From contig NIVC01004990.1 of the NCBI GenBank assembly GCA_002269645.1, positions 1-29,279 on the forward strand: a stretch of DNA of 29,279 nucleotides. The letters are read 5' to 3'. The notes under the pieces were generated by a model. That model searched no databases. It was not told the DNA's origin and saw nothing but the letters and a program-made list of their open reading frames with translations. Positions 12,158-22,600 of the stretch are shown here, in pieces. This stretch comes from Macrostomum lignano. Lineage: Eukaryota. Each line of letters starts with the position of its first letter. Position 1 is the stretch's first letter. The translations under genes and the position numbers were made by a program.

Positions 12158-12531
12158 GAGTAATGGAAGGGAGAGATGAAGGGAGTAATAGAAGGGAGAG
12201 ATGAAGGGAATAATAGAAGGGAGAGATGAAGGGAATAATAGAAGGGAGAGATGAAGGGAATAATAGAAGGGAGAGATGAAGGGAGTAATGGAAGGGAGAG
12301 ATGAAGGGAGTAATGGAAGGGAGAGATGAAGGGAGTAATGGAAGGGAGAGATAAAGGGAGTAATAGAAGGGAGAGATGAAGGGAGTAATGGAAGGGAGAG
12401 ATGAAGGGAGTAATAGAAGGGAGAGATGAAGGGAGTAATAGAAGGGAGAGATGAAGGGAGTAATAGAAGGGAGAGATGAAGGGAGTAATAGAAGGGAGAG
12501 ATGAAGGGAGTAATGGAAGGGAGAGATGAAG
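12158..12531. repeat. Polypurine minisatellite, 25-bp unit GAAGGGAGAGATGAAGGGAGTAAT(A/G), ~15 copies
   Basis: Read directly; the minus-strand ORF shows the 25-aa period expected from a 25-bp unit. Confidence 0.95.
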
Positions 12532-13091
12532 GGAGGAATGAAGGGAGGAATGAAGGGAGGAATGATGGGAGGAATGAAGGGAGGAATGATGGGAGGAATG
12601 AAGGGAGGGATAAAGGGAGGATGAAGGGAGGAATGATGGGAGGGATGAAGGGAGGAATGACGGGAGGAATGAAGGGAGGGATAAAGGGAGGATGAAGGGA
12701 GGAATGATGGGAGGGATGAAGGGAGGAATGACGGGAGGAATGAAGGGAGGGATAAAGGGAGGGATAAAGGGAGGAATGAAGGGAAGGATGAAGGGAGGAA
12801 TGAAGGGAGGGATAAAGGGAGGATGAAGGGAGGAATGAAGGGAGGAATAAAGGGAGGAATGAAGAGAGGAATAAAGGGAGGAATGAAGGGAGGAATGAAG
12901 AGAGGAATGAAGGGAGGAATAAAGGGAGGAATGAAGGGAGGAATGAAGGGAGGAATGATGAGAGGAATGATGGGAGGAATGAAGGGAGGAATGAAGGGAG
13001 GAATGAAGAGAGGAATGAAGGGAGGAATGAAGAGAGGAATAAAGGGAGGAATGAAGGGAGGAATGAAGAGAGGAATGAAGGGAGGAATGAA
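12528..13091. repeat. Polypurine minisatellite, 12-bp unit GAAGGGAGGAAT, ~47 copies
   Basis: Read directly; yields the spurious (SSLH)n and (MKGG)n ORFs. Confidence 0.95.
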
Positions 13092-13840
13092 GATAAAACA
13101 TACGAGCTCGTAGAAAAGGAAAGTAAAAGGTGGAAAAGAGAAGGTGATACGAGGTAACTAAGGAATACAATTACGACTGTATGAAGAGAGAGAAAGTGAG
13201 CTGACAGACAGTTGACCGTTGAACGCCTGAACAGAGAGTATACGGGTAAGCGTCTCTCAAGTTAATTGAATAGCCAAAAGACTCATTCATTGGTTGAAAG
13301 TGTGCAATAGAAAGAAAGCAGTGCAGGGCCCGCCTGCTTGCTGATTGACGAGCTGAATTATCTGTTCTTACTATGGAAAGTGAAAGAGTGAAGGAATTCG
13401 ACACAAGTTATAAGCATGAATTACGCATATAGTTACTGGCAGCCCTGGCAGCCACTTGATTTGGTCGTTCAAGACAAATCGGGGAGAAAAAAATCGCGGT
13501 TAGAAAATCCTAGGAGAGGAAGAGATCCGCATCGCCATGACTGTATAAGCTTTTCTTTGCTATCTAAGTTTCTAAATGCCGAAATTGCTTCTGCAGTTCC
13601 TTGCCCCTGGATCGGCCTACAGAAGTTAAAAGTACCCACCGATCGCCATGGATGGAAGCGGGAGAGAGAGGATATACGAGCTAGATAAAACACTGGAAGC
13701 TGATGGAGTGCCCACACTTCTCTTCCCACTGTTGTAACCGGGCGCTTTATAGCAAACTTGTCAAGCATTCGCTGATGCGACTGCTGAAATTCGCTGCTGA
13801 CCTTGCTTGCTGGCTAAAGGAGAATCAGACTGAAGCTCGG

Positions 13841-14944
13841 GCTAGCAGTGGACAGAGAGCTGCTACTGAAGAGGCTAGCAGTGGACAGGCAGTTGCTACT
13901 GAAGAGGCTGGCAGTGGACAGGCAGTTGCTACTGAAGAGGCTAGCAGTGGACAGGGAGCTGCTATTGAAGAGGCTAGCAGTGGACAGGGAGTTGCTACTG
14001 AAGAGGCTGGCAGTGGACAGGGAGTTGCTACTGAAGAGGCTAGCAGTGGACAGGGAGCTGCTATTGAAGAGGCTAGCAGTGGACAGGGAGTTGCTATAAT
14101 GAAGAGGCTAGCAGTGGACAGGGAGTTGCTACTGAAGAGGCTAGCAGTGGACAGGGAGTTGCTATAATGAAGAGGCTAGCAGTGGACAGGCAGTTGCCAT
14201 ATTAAAGAGGCCAGCAGTGGACAGGGAGTTGCTATATTAAAGACGCTAGCAGTGGACAGGGAGTTGCTATATTAAAGAGGCTGGCAGTGGACAGGGAGTT
14301 GCTACTGAAGACGTTAGCAGTGGACAGGGAGCTGCTATTGAAGAGGCTAGCAGTGGACAGGCAGTTGCTACTGAAGAGGCTAGCAGTGGACAGGCAGTTG
14401 CTACTGAAGAGGCTAGCAGTGGACAGGCAGTTGCTACTGAAGAGGCTAGCAGTGGACAGGGAGTTGCTATAATGAAGAGGCTAGCAGTGGACAGGGAGTT
14501 GCTATACTGAAGAGGCTAGCAGTGGACAGGCGGTTGCTACTGAAGAGGCTAGCAGTGGACAGGCAGTTGCTACTGAAGAGGCTAGCAGTGGACAGGGAGT
14601 TGCTATACTGAAGAGGCTAGCAGTGGACAGGGAGTTGCTATAATGAAGAGGCTAGCAGTGGACAGGGAGTTGCTATAATGAAGAGGCTAGCAGTGGACAG
14701 GGAGTTGCTATACTGAAGAGGCTAGCAGTGGACAGGCGGTTGCTACTGAAGAGGCTAGCAGTGGACAGGCAGTTGCTACTGAAGAGGCTAGCAGTGGACA
14801 GGGAGTTGCTATAATGAAGAGGCTAGCAGTGGACAGGCGGTTGCTACTGAAGAGGCTAGCAGTGGACAGGCAGTTGCTACTGAAGAGGCTAGCAGTGGAC
14901 AGGGAGTTGCTATAATGAAGAGTCTAGCAGTGGACAGGGAGTTG
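13841..14944. repeat. Minisatellite, 33-bp unit GCTAGCAGTGGACAGGGAGTTGCTACTGAAGAG (35-bp variants), ~33 copies
   Basis: Head-to-tail units; 35-bp variants (GCTATAATGAAG, GCTATACTGAAG) break the ORFs. Confidence 0.97.
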
Positions 14945-16097
14945 GCAATCCAATACAGCACTGAATCCTTTCAAAGCAGCTCATAGCATTAGAAAGGTCG
15001 CGACCTCAGCCACACGCTTCGCAAAGTTTATGCCAGAAGTTGTGAGAATAGAATTCTACTCAACTTTTTTGCACTGCACTAGTATGCAGTGAGAAGTTGA
15101 CGTACCAATTAAGTCTGTTTGCCGTGAAATAATAATTCCAAACCATACAGTTTTGTCTGCATTATTTAATTAATTGGTCGCAATGTGTACACGTGTAATG
15201 ACAATGTGGTGGGCTGGAATGCACAGGGTGAAAGTTGAGCTAGAGAGAAAGCCTATAGCCCACTGACGACACCTCAAAGCTAATATAATACTTGAAATTC
15301 GCAGTAATTTTAGTGCATCAACCCATTCCGGAGACCTGATCCACAGGCTCACAGCTCGCATAAAAGACAGACAATACTCGTATTGATAAACCCGAGTTTC
15401 ACCAGTTTGCTAGCACTGTTACACTGTTCATAAATAATGCACAAGTAACTGCAGTGTAGCGGCTCAGAGATCCGATTTCAAATATAAACATGCAACAGGT
15501 AATTAGCATAATGTTAATTGTTGCAGTGCCAGCAGTGGAAGCTAGATTAGTGGAAGTAAGATTATGCTTGATCAGTAGTCCTCACTAGAATGATTACAGA
15601 AATTTCGAGGAACGAGAAAGTGTCTGAAAAATTGTACACACATTGAAGAAACAAAGAATTAGTTGTTGCTGATGCCACTTGTGCTTCGCAAAGTTTACGC
15701 TTGTTAAGATAAGGTGAAAACGAGGCTGCACAAGCCTAACGAGCGAGAATAAACATTTCTAAGAAATAAACACTGCGCAGTTTGAAGCATTGAATTTTAT
15801 GCTGGATCAGCAGGCAGGGTTTGTCTTTTCTAACATATTCTTAGCGCCCTACTTGTAGTAGGGTTGTAAATAAAGTTTTTGTACTTTTGTAAATACGGAT
15901 TGCTAGTTTTAACAGCTATTAATTTTTATGGAATATTGCAGCGAATATAAAAAATGAACATAAGAAATCATATCGTGATTTTTTTAGAAATATGGTATTA
16001 TTTACGAGGCTCAATACATTAAAGGGTCTTAAAGATTGCAGACATCGGAGTGCTAGATTAGCAATCGCTTTTTTCATTATCTTAACAGCGTAGATAA

Positions 16098-16295
16098 GCA
16101 ATCCATTATAATAATTATCCCAAAAGACTAGACTAGCAATCCATTTTATTATTATCCCAATAGACTAGACTATCAATCCATTATAGTAATTATCCCAATA
16201 GACTAGACTATCAATCCATTATAGTAATTATCCCAATAGGCTAGACTAGCAATCCATTCGATTAATTATCCCAATAGGCTAGACTAGCAATCCAT
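16098..16295. repeat. ~38-bp tandem repeat x5 (GCAATCCATTATAGTAATTATCCCAATAGACTAGACTA) just 3' of the LRRIQ1 stop
   Basis: Read directly; begins a few nt beyond the stop codon on the minus strand. Confidence 0.9.
16145..16150 (-). terminator. Candidate polyadenylation signal (AATAAA) of LRRIQ1
   Basis: tttatt on + strand ~150 nt after the stop, inside one variant unit of the 38-bp array. Confidence 0.3.
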
Positions 16296-16300
16296 CAAGC

Positions 16301-16650
16301 TCACGGTCTCTCAGTTGCGCGATAACTCGCGGACCGCCCGCCACTTACAACTAGCGAATTTGATCGCCCACTGTTGATCTGCGGCAGGAAGGGCTGCTGC
16401 TGCTGCTGCACTGCCTGTCGACCAGCTGCTGTTGACGAAGTCAGCTCGTGCGACCTCGGACGCCGGTCGGAAGCGCCGGAAGCGGCACCGACGCCGCTGG
16501 TCGCAGACTCGGTCACTGGCGAGTTGAAGACCCATTCGTAGGTGCGCTCGTTTCTAGGGCCGGAGTCTTCGCGCCTCGATTGATCGGCTTGAGCGCGCTC
16601 AAGCTCTTTGGCTGGTTGTGGGCCGGTTTGGGTCACGTGATTTGTTGTTG
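16301..16650 (-). CDS. LRRIQ1: LRRIQ1 exon 15 (last; ATTNHVTQTG...RNERTYEWV...FLPQINS...ERP-stop)
   Basis: Acceptor ttcctcaaag, phase 1; matches ORF 16301..16636. Confidence 0.8.
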
Positions 16651-19600
16651 CTTTGAGGAAGCATTTTAATTGGTTTTTAAGTGGTGTAGTTGGTTTTAAA
16701 GGGTTGTGGCCTAGTGGTCAGAGCATCGGACTCACGACTTGAAGGTCGGGGGTTCGATTCTTGACTCTCTCGGAAAAATCTGTGTCCCTGAGCAAAACAC
16801 TTAACTCTGCATTGCTTCAGTTCACCCAGCTATAAAATGGGTGCCAGCATTAGCTGGGGTAATTGAGGGTGGGTGTGGCGACTCCCCCCAGTCCTTGGAC
16901 TGAACAGCCGTACGCAGCCTTCAGATGCGCCGCGCAATAGCTGCAGCTGAGCTGTCGGTTGCACATCAGCCCAATTGGGGCAGGTGTAACCAGTTACTAT
17001 TATTATATGGGTGCAGTTGGCTTTAGTCACGTGACATGGGTATGATCAATCTCCGTCACGTGATCTGTTTGGACGAGTGCAATGGATTTGAGGGTCACGT
17101 GATCTGTAATTGAACTAACTGGCTGCAGTTTTTATGGTCACGTGATTTGTTTATGGCGTGTACAGTTTCTTGTGATCACGTGATCTAAGTTTGGGTGGGA
17201 GCAACTGGTTTTAGTCAATATTGTGATTTATTGACTTTCGTTCTTTTTTGAGGAGAGATTAATCGCAATAGACTGGCATAACAATTACCTTTAAAGTACT
17301 CAATCTTGTGCATGCTGTGCCCCTTCGATTGCTCAGCCGCAGGCGCAGCGGGCCGTGCGCTGGCCTCCAGCTTTTTGAACAAATAGTAGCGCTGCTGGGG
17401 ATCTGAGAGGGCATTTTGAGTTGGAGCGCGTGCTGAAGGATTGCTTGAATAGAAGAAAATTATAAATTATTATTCAATTTAAGAAGCCTTAAAAAGAATT
17501 GTTGCAAAGTACATACTGTACGCTCGTAGCCTACTGTAGGTGCTGATACATTATTACATTCCAATATTTCCTTCCATGTGGTCCATAGTATAGTATACAG
17601 TTACTATTGTACTAGTTAATGTTTATTATTGAATTATGAATGTACTCAAAGTAATAAATTACATGCCGTTCTTTGTAAAAAGGCAAAGAAGATGAATAGC
17701 AGAGAGGATGAAGAGGAATGAATAGAGCAAAACTGAAACTATCGGTGCAGGAGACAATAAAGTTTCAGAAAGAGACAAAGTAACAAAGATCTACTCGGTC
17801 TCAGGTGTTCATTTACCAAGCTTCATTCCTCGCTCAATCTTCTCTGCAATAAAAAAATGACTGGCTATGTGTCTAACGCACAGGTTAGTTGATGAACCAC
17901 CCGCCAAGTGATCAAACATCTCAAGATTGCCCACCGCCAGCCTCCCAGATGCTGAGTTGCTGGGCCAGCCTCCCAGATCCTCAGTTGCTGGGCTAGACTC
18001 CCAGAGTGTCAGTTGCTGGGCCAGCCTCCCAGATCCTCAGCTGCTGGGCTAGCCTCCCAGATCCTCAGTTGCTGGGCCAGCCTCCCAGATCCTCAGTTGC
18101 TGGGCCAGCCTCCCAGATCATCACTTGCTGGGCCAGCCTCCCAGATCCTCAGTTGCTGGGCCAGCCTGGCAGATCCTCAGTTGCTGGGCCAGCCTCCCAG
18201 ATCATCAGTTGCTGGGCCAGCCTCCCAGATCATCAGTTGCCAGGCCAGCCTCCCAGATCCTCAGTTGCTGGGCCACCGCTAGTGCCTCCCAGGTCCTCAG
18301 TGTCTGGGCCAGCCTCCCAGGTCCTCATTGTCTGGGCCAGCCTCCTAGAGTGTCAGTTGCTGGGCCAGCCTCCCAGATCCTCAGTTGCTGTGCCCCCCGC
18401 CAGCCTCCCAGATCCTCAGTTGCTGGGCCAGCCTCCCAGATCCTTCGTTGCTGGGCCAGCCTCCCAGTTCCTCAGTCGACCTTTTAAGATCCTCTCAATC
18501 TCCTTTAAAGCAGGAACACAACAAAAGAGCGGCGTGTGTGTCACAAACTCACCCATCTTGCTCAGTCGTTTCCGTTTGTCCGAGTTCAACTTCATCTTCT
18601 TAGCCCTCTCCAGCATCACCTGAGCGCTGCGGTCGTCGTTAAAGCCCCTGAAAATAATCGTTCAAAAAATGTATTGTCAATCATATTGTTTCAACTGCCT
18701 AATAGAAAGCTACATGACTCAACACTTATTTGCCTACCAGTCTTCTCTAATCTGATCGATTTTCTTAGACCGGTGAGTGGATTGGCTGGGGTTGCGGCCC
18801 GACTGTCCGGTGCCGGGCTCGCCGCCAGCCACTGTCGAGTCGGATCGATGCGTCACAACCTGCAGGCTGCCTTCTGCAATTAATTGTTTGCCGAAACATG
18901 CAACATTTGCCTAGTTAGCCTACTATGAGTAGAGAGTTTAAGACAGAATATCTTTTCAATGAAAAATAGGGTCATTTTCAAATTTTGATATAAGATACTG
19001 CTGCCATCAACTCTCTTCTGTAGAGGGCACTTTGGAAAACCAAAAATTCACAACGCCAAAAATCCTTGCGTTCGGGAAGTAAACTCTTGGAATTGGGAAT
19101 TCGGGATCTGTGGATGCCGGCCCAGCAAAGGAGGATCTTGGACTGGCGGTGGGCCCCTGCAACTGAGGATCTGGGAGGCAGGCGGGGGGCACAGCAACTG
19201 AGGATCTGGGAGGCTTGCGGGGAGCACAGCAACCGAGGACTTGGGAGGCTGCCCTGCAAAGGAGGGTCTGGGAGGCTGGGGGGGCACAGCAACTGAGGAT
19301 TTAGGAAGCTGGGGGGGGCACAGCAACTGATCATGTTGATTGCCAAATGAGATTGGTAATAATCAATCGAAAGATTGTTTCTTTTAATAGTGTAAAATAC
19401 TTGTTAAAAACGGTTAATATCGAGTTTTAGCTCGTTTTAGCCAGACTGCCTACTATAGGTAGTCAAATATACACTTTGCTTACTTAAATCCAGTCGGCCC
19501 AGAGGCGTGAACCGGCCACCGCTGGTTGGCGAGTTGATCCACGCGTCTTTTGGTGGCAGAGCAGCGTGTCTGAGGCGCCTGGTTGGGCAGCGGGGTAAAT

Positions 19601-22600
19601 CGTGACCTTTATTGTACACTTCTAGCAGTACAAACAAAAACCCTGGATACAAGGCTTGCAATTAGAAATTCCGTACGGTCTTCCGAATATTGAATAGTGC
19701 TACTCATTGTTAGTAGTATGGAGGCGTCACTCACCGTGCAGAATCTGGACGGGGTGAATTCGGCAGTTGAATGTCGTCAAACATGGCGTCGACGTCCATC
19801 TGAGGTAAAGTGTGCAGCAGCGGGGATCAAAGCCAGCTCAAAAAGATATAGTGTACATGCAAGAGACCTGCTATCCAAGCTCACCTCCTCGATGTTGATG
19901 TCGGCCTCGTCCATGTCCTCGCCGTCCGACAGAACGCCGCCGCCGCCACCGCCGCTGCCGACGCGGCCTTCACCGTCGGCGTCGTCGCCATCCTCGTCTT
20001 TAACGGTGGCCAGGGCGGCGCGGATCCACTGGCGCACCTGGTGACCCCTCCAAGTGGCCTGCGGAAAAATATTGAAAAAATTATTAGCCAAGTATGATAA
20101 GCCAAATATGATTAGCCAAAGGTGATTAGGCAAAACTTATTAGCCAAATCTGATTAGACAAAGGTGATTAGACAGATCTGATTAGCCAAATCTGATTAGC
20201 CAAATCTGATTAGCCAAAGATTATTAGACAAATCTGATTAGCCAAATCTGATTAGACAAAGGTGATTGACAGATTGATTAGCCAAATCTGATTAGACAAA
20301 GGTGATTAGACAGATCTGATTAGCCAAATCTGATTAGACAAAGGTGATTAGACAGATCTGATTAGCCAAATCTGATTAGCCAAAGATTATTAGACAAATC
20401 TGATTAGCCAAATCTGATTAGACAAATCTGATTAGCCAAATCTGATTAGCCAAATCTGATTAGACAAATCTGATTAGCCAAAGATTATTAGACAAATCTG
20501 ATTAGCCAAATCTCATAAGCCAAATCTGATTAGCCAAATATGATTAGCCAAATCTGATTAGCTAAATCTGATTAGCCAAAGATTATTAGACAAATATGAT
20601 TAGCCAAAGGTGATTAGCCAAATATGATCAGCCAAAGGTGATTAGCCAAATCGGATTAGCCAGAGGTGATTAGACAAATCTGATTTGCCAAATCTGATTA
20701 GCCAAAGGTGATTAGACAAATCTGATTAGCCAAATCTGATTAGCCAAAGGTGATTAGCCAAAGGTGATTAGCCAAAGGTGATTAGACAAATCTGATTAGC
20801 CAAAGATTATTAGCCAAATCTGATTAGCCAAAGGTGATTAGCCAAAGGTGATTAGCCAAAGGTGATTAGCCAAAGGTGATTAGCCAAAGATGATTAGCCA
20901 AATATGATTATCCAAATATGATTAGCCAAATATGATTAGCGAAAGGTGATTAGTCAAATATGATTATCCAAATATGATTAGCCAAATATGATTAGCGAAA
21001 GGTGATTAGTCAAATATGATTAGTCAAAGGTGATTAGCCAAATCTGATTAGCCAAAGGTGATTAGCCAAAGGTGATTAGCCAAATCTGATTAGTCAAAGG
21101 TGATTAGCCAAAGGTGATTAGTCAAAGGTGATTAGCCAAATCTGATTAGTCAAAAGTGATTAGCCAAAGGTGATTAGCCAAAGGTGATTAGCCAAAGGTG
21201 ATTAGCCAAACGTGATTAGCCAAAGGTGATTAGCCAAATCTGATTAGTCAAAGGTGATTAGCCAAAGGTGATTAGCCAAACGTGATTAGCCAAAGGTGAT
21301 TAGCCAAATCTGATTAGTCAAAGGTGATTAGCCAAAGGTGATTAGTCAAAGGTGATTAGCCAAAGGTGATTAGCCAAACCTGAATTCTCGCCGCCGCCAG
21401 CTCCAGCCGACTCAAATTTTCGTCCATCTTCTTTCGGAACAAGTAGCCCCGATAGGTGGCCTGTATTTTCACCGCGGCAGCTGTTTCTAATGACATTGGC
21501 GCCAGTTGTGGCGCCATTTGTGGCGCGGGTTGTGGCGCCGTTTGTGGCGCCATCGGCCGCGTCGTTTTATGCTGCGCCGATTTGGGTCCCGAAACGCTGC
21601 CGCTTCTGCCACCGCCGCCGCCGCCGCCGCCGCCACCGCCGCCGCCACCCAGACTGTCTTCAACGCCATCATATTCGAGCAGGTCGGCCTGTCTGGCGTC
21701 CAAAAAGTGCTCAAACTCCTGATAGCAGCGATGCCGCTTCGCAGCCAGAAAACTGTCGCCATAGAAACGACGACAGCGCCGAAGTCGGACGAGCGGCGGG
21801 CCGGCAGAATGCCGGACATGGCTGGCCTCGCGCTCCCCAAATTGGACGGAAAATTCCAGGCACTTTCTTAGAAACTGCGAGGCCGGAGGCCCCGCCTCCT
21901 CCAATTCGATTTCGTCGCCGTTTTCGACCAGGCGTCGCCGTGCTCGATTGGTCTCAGCCAGTCGGCGACGGAGGGCGGCAGCTCCTGAGCCAGGATTTCT
22001 GCTCAGCCGGAGCTGCTCCACGACTGGCGCTGGCGACTCGGCCGAAGTCAGGGTGTTGACAACCGAGAGGCAGTCGTCAGCCGACAGGCAGTTAGCGGAC
22101 AGGTCCAGCTGGCGGAGCAGCGGACAGCGGGCGAGCAGGTGCGGCAGCGCCGAGGCCGCGGAGCTCGCCGAGCCCAGCTGGTTGGCGCTGAGGCGGCACT
22201 CGCGAAGGCAAGGCAGCCAGAGGGGGCGGCCGCCGCCTTCGCCGGATGTCGCCGCCGCTGGCAGGTCCTTCAGCGAGTTCTCAGCCAGATTCAACCGGAT
22301 TAGCAGGGGACTGTTGCTCAGGCTGGGGAACTGCAGTTTCAAATAGATATCCGGCATGTATGAATGATCATTTCGGAGCCTGTGAGGATCATTCGGGGCG
22401 CCCGTTATGATCGTTTTTGGAGTTTACTATGATCGATTTTTTGCGTCTATTATGAACTTTTTGGCGTCTATTGTGATCATTTTTGGAGTCTATAATGAAA
22501 TATCTGGCATCTATTAGATTGTTTTTGGCGTCTATTATGATCGTTTTGGCGTCTATTATGATCATTTTTGCAGTTATCATGACCATTTTTGTCTATCATG

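Noticed and set aside
12025-13170. 381-aa (SSLH)n ORF and (MKGG)n ORFs
   Set aside because: Translation of purine-only repeats.
13600-13690. PWIGL resembling a C-type lectin motif
   Set aside because: Lacks the downstream W-x-DG and cysteine pattern.
16701-16775. tRNA-Val(CAC) gene
   Set aside because: A and B boxes are present, but the anticodon stem (TCGGA/CTTGA) and T stem do not pair properly and the sequence continues into a CORE-like body, so it is a SINE head.
18006-19346. ORFs built of GQPPRSSVA / SQILSCWASL
   Set aside because: Translations of the intronic 28-bp repeat.
9521-21378. Regular short repeat arrays as CRISPR
   Set aside because: Units are head-to-tail with no unique spacers, there are no cas genes, and the context is spliceosomal-intron eukaryotic DNA.
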